DNA from: an uncultured Oscillospiraceae bacterium
GTDB lineage: Bacteria; Bacillota; Clostridia; Peptostreptococcales; Anaerovoracaceae
Reading direction: 5' to 3'
Length of the DNA stretch: 64,000 bases
Assembly: GCA_964383845.1 (NCBI GenBank)
Contig: CAYLIF010000003.1
Span: forward strand, 34,894-98,893
The translations under genes and the position numbers were made by a program. Positions 57,840 through 64,000 of this stretch are shown here, in pieces; position 1 is the first letter of the stretch; each line of letters begins with the position of its first letter. Under the pieces are notes generated by a model. That model did not search any database, had not been told where the DNA came from, and saw only the letters and a list, made by a program, of their open reading frames with translations.

Positions 57840-60311
57840 ATGAAGAAAAAAACTGTAATTATTGGTGGGATTGCTGGTGGTGCTACTACAGCCACACGTT
57901 TAAGACGTTTAGAAGAAGATATGGATATAATCATATTTGAAAAGGGTGATTATATATCATATGCCAACTGTGGACTTCCTTACCACATTGGAGATGTTAT
58001 AAAAGATAGAGAAGCACTTCTAATACAAACACCTGAGAAGATGAAAGCCAGATATAATGTTGACGTTAGAACAGGCCATGAAGTAATGGCCATAAATCCT
58101 GAGGATAAAACAGTTCGCGTATTAAATTTAAAAACAAATGAAGAATTCCTTGAATCTTACGACACCCTTGTCATTTCTACTGGCTCATCTCCGTTGAAAC
58201 CACCTATCCCAGGTATAGACGCTCCAAATATTTTTTCTCTTTGGACTATTCCTGATACAGATAATATTAAGAATTTTATAAAAGATCACAATCCAAAGAC
58301 TGCGGCAGTCATTGGGGGTGGTTTTATAGGTGTGGAAATGGCAGAGAACCTTCATGCTGTAGGTATAAAGGTTAGCCTAATAGAAATGATGGATCAGGTT
58401 ATGACGCCCTTAGATTTCGAAATGGCACAATTGATTCATGAAAACATGGTTATGAACGGAGTAGATCTCCACTTAGGTGATGGAGTTCAATCCTTCCATA
58501 CCGAAGATGGATTAACTAAAATAAATTTGAAAAGCGGGATACAGCTGGAGGCTGATTTGGTTATTCTATCTATTGGTGTACGTCCTAATAGCATCTTGGC
58601 AAAAGAAGCGGGCTTGGATCTCAATGAGCGAGGCGGTGTAAAAGTAGATCCACAAATGCACACTTCTCACACTGATATATACGCTGTCGGCGACGTCATT
58701 GAGGTGGAAAATTTTGTTTTAAAAGAACCTTGCATGGTTCCTCTTGCGGGACCTGCCAATAAACAAGCTCGGATATGCGCTAATAATATTATGGGTGGCA
58801 ATGAGGCTTATGAGGGTACTCTTGGGACCGCTATCGCTCAAGTATTCGATTTGACTGCGGCATCTGTTGGTCTCAACGAAAAGAATTTACAAGCTTTGGG
58901 GAAAATAAAAAATAAAGATTATTTTGTCGCCTTAATACATCAAAAATCCCACGCCACTTACTACCCTGGTGCAACTCCTTTGGATTTAAAAATAATCTTT
59001 GATAAAGACGGTAGAATATTTGGAAGCCAAGTTGTTGGGCAAGATGGAGTAGATAAACGAATTGATGTATTGGCTTCGGCTATGCGCTTAGGTGCAACTA
59101 TTTATGATTTGAAGTCCTTGGAATTAGCTTACGCACCTCCCTTTGGTTCTGCAAAGGATCCAGTAAACATGTTGGGTTTTGTGGCAGAAAACATGTTAAA
59201 GGGATTAGTTCGATTTGTTGAATGTTACGAATTAGATGAAATGGTTAACAATGACAAAGGTGGGTTAGTGATTCTAGATGTTGGAGAAGATGCTGAAAGA
59301 ACTACATTTGAAATACCAGGCTCCACTCATATACCTTTAAGCCAATTACGAGAGAGAATAAATGAACTTAACCCAAAGACTCCTACAGTTGTTTATTGTG
59401 CCATTGGTGTTCGGTCTTATAATGGAGCCCGTATTCTAAGTGGCCATGGTTTTGAAAATGTAACGGTACTTTCTGGAGGATCTTCCTTTTACAAATCCAT
59501 GCACTACAAAGATTTCATTTCATCTTCAAATGAAAATTTGGACATCCAGGGGATGGATTTATCTGGAAGAGAGATGGAGATATTAAACTGTGCTGGTCTT
59601 CAATGCCCAGGACCTATAATGAAAGTAAATGAAACAATAAACGCCATGGCAGAAGGAGAAATCTTACAGGTTTCTGCCACGGATATGGGTTTCCCAAGAG
59701 ATGTGGAGAGTTGGTGTCGTCGCACTGGAAATACTTTTCTGAAAACAGAGAGAAAAGACAAACAAAACATAGTATATCTACGAAAAGGCACTGGAGGAGA
59801 CATAGAAACTGTAAAAAATAAGCAGGAAATTAGTAGCAATAATCAGGGGAAAACCATAATTGTCTTCAGCGGAGACTTAGATAAAGTCCTCGCATCATTT
59901 ATTATAGCAAATGGCGCTGCAGCTATGGGAAGGCCTGTAACTCTGTTCTTTACATTCTGGGGACTTAATGCTTTGAGAAAACCCGAAAACCAAAACATAA
60001 AAAAACCATTTATTGAGAAGATGTTTGGCGCTATGATGCCACGAGGCTCATCTAATCTAAAATTATCAAATATGAATATGGGTGGCATGGGTACCAAAAT
60101 GATGAAAATGGTAATGAAGGATAAAAATGTTAACTCATTAGAAGAATTGATGCAACAAGCCATGGATGCTGGTGTAAAATTAATCGCTTGCACTATGTCC
60201 ATGGATATAATGGGAATCACTGAGGAAGAGCTCATCGATGGAGTAGAACTTGGTGGAGTAGCGACATACCTAAGCGAAGCAGAAGAATCCAATGTAAATC
60301 TATTTGTATAA
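57840..60311 (+). CDS. Four-domain fusion: CoA-disulfide/persulfide reductase-like flavoprotein, rhodanese, TusA-like and DsrE-like domains
   Basis: VIIGGIAGGATTA (FAD), SYANCGLPYH (redox Cys), AVIGGGFIGVE (NAD); rhodanese VVYCAIGVRS; TusA LNCAGLQCPGPIMK; C-terminal KTIIVFSGDLDKV...FTFWGLNAL...KLIACTMSMD. The start is set to the ATG at 57840, 9 nt after GAGG; the track start is a GTG at 57825. Confidence 0.85.
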   Translation: MKKKTVIIGGIAGGATTATRLRRLEEDMDIIIFEKGDYISYANCGLPYHIGDVIKDREALLIQTPEKMKARYNVDVRTGHEVMAINPEDKTVRVLNLKTNEEFLESYDTLVISTGSSPLKPPIPGIDAPNIFSLWTIPDTDNIKNFIKDHNPKTAAVIGGGFIGVEMAENLHAVGIKVSLIEMMDQVMTPLDFEMAQLIHENMVMNGVDLHLGDGVQSFHTEDGLTKINLKSGIQLEADLVILSIGVRPNSILAKEAGLDLNERGGVKVDPQMHTSHTDIYAVGDVIEVENFVLKEPCMVPLAGPANKQARICANNIMGGNEAYEGTLGTAIAQVFDLTAASVGLNEKNLQALGKIKNKDYFVALIHQKSHATYYPGATPLDLKIIFDKDGRIFGSQVVGQDGVDKRIDVLASAMRLGATIYDLKSLELAYAPPFGSAKDPVNMLGFVAENMLKGLVRFVECYELDEMVNNDKGGLVILDVGEDAERTTFEIPGSTHIPLSQLRERINELNPKTPTVVYCAIGVRSYNGARILSGHGFENVTVLSGGSSFYKSMHYKDFISSSNENLDIQGMDLSGREMEILNCAGLQCPGPIMKVNETINAMAEGEILQVSATDMGFPRDVESWCRRTGNTFLKTERKDKQNIVYLRKGTGGDIETVKNKQEISSNNQGKTIIVFSGDLDKVLASFIIANGAAAMGRPVTLFFTFWGLNALRKPENQNIKKPFIEKMFGAMMPRGSSNLKLSNMNMGGMGTKMMKMVMKDKNVNSLEELMQQAMDAGVKLIACTMSMDIMGITEEELIDGVELGGVATYLSEAEESNVNLFV

Positions 60312-60365
60312 GAGGCTAAATAATAAAAATAATTTATCCGGAAAATGTTTTGAATAGACGAAAAG

Positions 60366-60399
60366 ATGAGTGACTCCCAAAGCCATGGCAATCACTCAT
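60366..60399. terminator. Bidirectional terminator between the convergent reductase and ychF genes
   Basis: 8-bp stem ATGAGTGA/TCACTCAT with an 18-nt loop, followed by TTTTTTATTTT on the plus strand and CTTTTCG on the minus strand. Confidence 0.6.
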
Positions 60400-60423
60400 T
60401 TTTTATTTTGTATAAACTTATCT

Positions 60424-61521
60424 TTAAACGTTGAAAAGAAAATTAATAATATCTCCATCTTTTACAACGTACTCTTTGCCTTCTGATTTAACCAAACCCT
60501 TTTCTTTTGCTTGAACTAAGTTGCCTCCACATTCCGTAAGCTTATCATAAGCTATGGTTTCAGCTCGTATAAAGCCTTTCTCAAAGTCTGTATGAATTTT
60601 CCCTGCAGCTTGGGGAGCCTTAGTTCCCCTTTTAATGGTCCAGGCACGCACCTCTTGCTCTCCTGCAGTCAAGTATGATATCAGGTCTAAGAGAGAGTAA
60701 GAAGCCGTAATTAGTTTGTCTAATCCAGACTCTTTTATTCCAAGTTCTTCAAGAAACATATTACGTTCTTCTGAATCTAGCTCTGCCAATTCAGCCTCTA
60801 CCTTTGCACATATAACTACTACTTCAGCAGCTTCTTTCTCTGCATAGGCTTTCACCAAAAGAACCCATGGGTTATCAGATTCTGTCAGTTCTTTTTCAGA
60901 AACGTTTGCCATATAAATTACTGGTTTATAAGAGAGCAGATCTAATGACCTAACAAACTCTTCCTCGTCTTTTGTTAATTCAGAGGTTAGCGTTCTGGCA
61001 GAAAACCCTCCTTCAAGAACGGATTGTAACTTTTTCAGAAGCTCAACTTCAAAAGTTAGAGAAGGATCCGCTTTTTTCCCTTTCTCTGATTTCTGTAGTC
61101 TCCTTTCAATTAATTCCATGTCTGATAAAATTAACTCAAGATTAATAGTTTCAATGTCCATCATAGGATCTGGTTTACCTGAAACGTGCACAACGTTATC
61201 ATCTTCAAAACACCTGACTACATGAAGAATAGCTGCAACTTCTCTGATATGACCTAAAAATTTATTACCAAGACCTTCCCCCTTTGAAGCACCCTTCACT
61301 AAGCCTGCGATATCATAAAATTCAATAGCAGTAGGAATGGTTCTTTTAGAATTATACATTTTACGAAGTACATCAAGTCTAGGGTCAGGAACAGTCACAA
61401 CCCCTACATTAGGCTCTATAGTGCAAAATGGATAATTACCTGCCTCCGCGCCAGCTTTTGTGATGGCATTAAAAAGAGTACTTTTTCCAACATTTGGAAG
61501 TCCAACTATTCCTAGTTTCAT
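60424..61521 (-). CDS. ychF: Redox-regulated ribosome-binding ATPase YchF
   Basis: 365 aa starting MKLGIVGLPNVGKSTLFNAIT, with a C-terminal TGS-like region (VRAWTIKRGTKAPQAAGKIHTDFEKGFIRAE). Confidence 0.95.
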   Translation of the reverse strand: MKLGIVGLPNVGKSTLFNAITKAGAEAGNYPFCTIEPNVGVVTVPDPRLDVLRKMYNSKRTIPTAIEFYDIAGLVKGASKGEGLGNKFLGHIREVAAILHVVRCFEDDNVVHVSGKPDPMMDIETINLELILSDMELIERRLQKSEKGKKADPSLTFEVELLKKLQSVLEGGFSARTLTSELTKDEEEFVRSLDLLSYKPVIYMANVSEKELTESDNPWVLLVKAYAEKEAAEVVVICAKVEAELAELDSEERNMFLEELGIKESGLDKLITASYSLLDLISYLTAGEQEVRAWTIKRGTKAPQAAGKIHTDFEKGFIRAETIAYDKLTECGGNLVQAKEKGLVKSEGKEYVVKDGDIINFLFNV

Positions 61522-62306
61522 TCTTGATTCTCCATTTCATTTATCTCATTGAATTTTTCTTTTCGTTTTACCAAGTAATAATAAGCAATTAAAGAGACTA
61601 ATATAATCACTACACTTAATACTTGAGCTTGTCTTAATGGGCCTAACATCAAGCTATCTGTTCGTAACCCTTCCACAAAAAAACGTTCTAGGGAATATAA
61701 GCTTGTGTAAAACAAGAATGTCTGCCCAACAAACTTTCTTCGATTATCGATATACACCAATAATATACACAGTCCAAGGCACCAAAGTGATTCATAGAGG
61801 AATGTAGGGTGAACCATCTGCCCATCCACTAAAATGCCCCAAGGTAAATCTGTTGGACTGCCATGTGCTTCAGAATTAAAAAAATTTCCCCAACGTCCTA
61901 TAGATTGAGCCAAAGCAACCCCAGGAACCGCTAAGTCCAGTACATCAATAGGATTATACTTATAGTGTCGACACAACAAAGCTACTCCAATGAAGGCTAG
62001 GATTAGCCCGCCGTGAACAGCTAAGCCGCCTGTTCTTATATTAATTACTTTGAGTATAGCGATATTTCCATTTGAATTTAGATATAATGGCAAATTAAAC
62101 AACACATAGTATAAACGAGCACCTATAACCCCCAATGGAATCCCTACTATGATAAGGTCCAACATCTTCTCTGGGTCTAGATTATGTTTGGGAGCACGTT
62201 TATAAAGCAGTAGAGATCCTAACACCATACCCGCTGCTATCAAAATACCGTACCAACGCACCTCTAAACCAAATAATTCAAATGCAATAGGGTTTGGAAC
62301 AAACAT
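61518..62306 (-). CDS. lgt: Prolipoprotein diacylglyceryl transferase
   Basis: 262 aa membrane protein with VRWYGILIA and GRWGNFFNSEAHG motifs. Confidence 0.93.
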   Translation of the reverse strand: MFVPNPIAFELFGLEVRWYGILIAAGMVLGSLLLYKRAPKHNLDPEKMLDLIIVGIPLGVIGARLYYVLFNLPLYLNSNGNIAILKVINIRTGGLAVHGGLILAFIGVALLCRHYKYNPIDVLDLAVPGVALAQSIGRWGNFFNSEAHGSPTDLPWGILVDGQMVHPTFLYESLWCLGLCILLVYIDNRRKFVGQTFLFYTSLYSLERFFVEGLRTDSLMLGPLRQAQVLSVVIILVSLIAYYYLVKRKEKFNEINEMENQE

Positions 62307-62379
62307 ATATGTCTTTCTCCTTGATTGATTTTTATGTTTATGAAGATTTTTTTATTTCTTATTGCTTTCTAAGTTTAGC

Positions 62380-63069
62380 TTACTTGCCCTCGTCGAATTT
62401 TTCTGCTTGTTTCATAATAGCTACAGAAGCTGAAGCACCTAGACGATCTGCACCTGCTTCTATCATTTGCAAGGCTGTTTCGTAGTCTCTGATCCCACCA
62501 GAAGCTTTTACCATAAGCCTATCTCCAACAGTTCTTTTCATCAAGCCAACTACTTCTATAGTTGCTCCATCCTTAGAAAACCCTGTTGATGTTTTTACAA
62601 AATCCGCACCAGCCTCTTTTGCTAATTCGCAAGCCAGGATAATTTGTTGCTGGGACAAAAGGCAGGTTTCAAGAATAACTTTCACTTTAGCATCATACTC
62701 ATGAGCAAATTGGCATACAACAGATATGTCATCCTTTACTTGTTCACTTTTCCCTTCAATCAAAGCTCCTATGTTCATTACCATATCCACTTCAAGAGCT
62801 CCTTGTTCGCAAACCCAGTCGGTTTCATATGCCTTTGCCTGGGTTGCCATAGCTCCTAATGGAAAACCTACAACTGCTGCAACTTTAACTCCACTACCCT
62901 TCAATTGTGCTACTGCTAATGGAACGTGTGTTGAGTTAACGCAGACAGAATAGAAACCATATTCTTTTGCCTCTTGACATAGCTTTATAATATCTTTCGA
63001 CGTTGATTCGGGCTTTAATAGAGTGTGATCAATATATTTATTTAGTGGTTCCATTTTTAAAGACTTCAT
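62380..63069 (-). CDS. deoC: Deoxyribose-phosphate aldolase
   Basis: YIDHTLLKPES, the Schiff-base region DFVKTSTGF and IKASGGIR-like VKASGGIRD. The start is set to the ATG at 63069 (AGAGGA 5 nt upstream); the track start is 63129. Confidence 0.92.
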   Translation of the reverse strand: MKSLKMEPLNKYIDHTLLKPESTSKDIIKLCQEAKEYGFYSVCVNSTHVPLAVAQLKGSGVKVAAVVGFPLGAMATQAKAYETDWVCEQGALEVDMVMNIGALIEGKSEQVKDDISVVCQFAHEYDAKVKVILETCLLSQQQIILACELAKEAGADFVKTSTGFSKDGATIEVVGLMKRTVGDRLMVKASGGIRDYETALQMIEAGADRLGASASVAIMKQAEKFDEGK

Positions 63070-63146
63070 TAGATTCCTCTTCTCAATTTTTCTTCCCAGC
63101 CACGTATCTTTTAAAAGCCGGTACTTCACTATCTGTTAAAACTAAT

Positions 63147-63180
63147 AAACCCAGCCTTTCCCCTGTGAAAAGCCGGGTTT
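63147..63180 (-). terminator. Stem-loop after pduL
   Basis: Minus strand AAACCCGGC...GGCTGGGTTT (imperfect stem) followed by ATTAGTTTT. Confidence 0.4.
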
Positions 63181-63196
63181 ATATTTTTAAAAGCGA

Positions 63197-63766
63197 TTAT
63201 ACAAACTCTCCAATACTGTTTGGCCCGCAGCCGGCTGCATTCCCCTCATCAGTATCTAGGTGAAATTCACTTTTGTAGGCATCTCCTGCACGAACTAGAA
63301 CATTATTGAATACTAAACCTCGTTCTCCTTCAACTTTAATGCTAACCCAGTCTTTATCTTTAACCCCTGCTTCATTGGCTTCCTCAGTAGATAGGTGAAC
63401 ATGTCTTAGAGCAACAATTACTCCACGATCCAGTTCTACGCTACCACATGGTCCAACTAGGGTACATCCTGGCGTACCATCTAATTTACCAGATTCTTTG
63501 ACTGGTGCTTTTACGCCAATAGCTCTAGCGTCAGTCATGGCTAACTCTACTTGTGATTCATTTCGAGCTGGTCCAAGAACACGAATACCTTTTAATGTAC
63601 CCTTTGGCCCTACCACATCAACCTTCTCCTCAGCAGCATATTGACCTGGTTGAACTAAATCTTTGGTAGCACAAAGTTCGTGCTCACATCCAAAGAGTAT
63701 ATCAATATCTTTTTCACAGAGGTGAACATGCTTATTAGATAACCCGATTTGTACTTTGTAACCCAT
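63197..63766 (-). CDS. pduL: PduL-type phosphate acyltransferase (propanoyl/acetyl)
   Basis: 189 aa with the duplicated PduL motif (GLSNKHVHLCEKD and VALRHVHLSTEE). Confidence 0.85.
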   Translation of the reverse strand: MGYKVQIGLSNKHVHLCEKDIDILFGCEHELCATKDLVQPGQYAAEEKVDVVGPKGTLKGIRVLGPARNESQVELAMTDARAIGVKAPVKESGKLDGTPGCTLVGPCGSVELDRGVIVALRHVHLSTEEANEAGVKDKDWVSIKVEGERGLVFNNVLVRAGDAYKSEFHLDTDEGNAAGCGPNSIGEFV

Positions 63767-63793
63767 CTTCCATTCTCCTTTATTCTATATAAA

Positions 63794-64000
63794 TTATTTT
63801 AAGTAACTAATGTAAGGAAGGTTACGATATTTTTGGTCATAATCTAAGCCGTAACCCACTATGAAAATATCTTCCACTTCAAATCCAATATAATCTCCCT
63901 TTATATCTGTCCTTCTCCCTGCTGGCTTATCTAGTAAGGTGCATATCTTGAGACTTTTGGGCATTCTCCCTTGTAGATAGCCTTTCAAGTAATTTAATGT
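63794..64000 (-). CDS. hpt: Hypoxanthine phosphoribosyltransferase, C-terminal part (5' end beyond the window)
   Basis: ...[50 protein letters not shown]. The frame stays open to the window end. Confidence 0.88.
   Translation of the reverse strand, partial: TLNYLKGYLQGRMPKSLKICTLLDKPAGRRTDIKGDYIGFEVEDIFIVGYGLDYDQKYRNLPYISYLK

Noticed and set aside
1-64000. CRISPR arrays, transposases or IS elements, integrases, prophage genes, toxin-antitoxin pairs or known defence systems
   Set aside because: None was seen. There are no spaced direct repeats, no terminal inverted repeats flanking genes and no ORFs with recombinase, nuclease or defence-type motifs. Nearly every ORF over 100 aa outside shadow frames has a confident housekeeping assignment.

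Overview
The window looks like core chromosome of a low-GC Firmicute, probably Clostridia-like. About 75 of 78 genes are on the minus strand. In coordinate order it holds: a truncated RnfC-family gene; thrS; a preT/preA plus carbamoyl-amidohydrolase cluster; ogt; a lone tRNA-Gly(CCC); argCJBD with a long leader; an aminotransferase; trmB and queT joined to ecfA1-ecfA2-ecfT; a PAS-GGDEF-HD-GYP gene; the complete alpha, spc and S10 ribosomal operons (rplQ to rpsJ, 31 genes); housekeeping genes (LUD protein, TGS-uridine-kinase fusion, PC4-like protein, PHP, DJ-1, mog); a BMP-type nucleoside ABC transporter with xpt; a dcw cluster (mraZ to ftsQ); an orphan lipoprotein; an 828-aa CoADR-rhodanese-TusA-DsrE fusion; and ychF, lgt, deoC, pduL and a truncated hpt. 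I saw no CRISPR array, transposase, integrase, phage gene, toxin-antitoxin pair or recognisable defence module, and I cannot point to a convincing novel multi-gene system. The observations most worth a second look are regulatory or architectural: (1) a possible Arg-codon leader-peptide attenuator ahead of argC; (2) a G+C-rich structured leader of about 235 nt ahead of rpsJ; (3) periodic GTGG repeats at the mraZ promoter; (4) a c-di-GMP signalling gene wedged between rplQ and ecfA1; (5) the four-domain sulfur-relay reductase fusion. All calls come from reading the sequence and ORF track by eye; no searches or folding programs were run.
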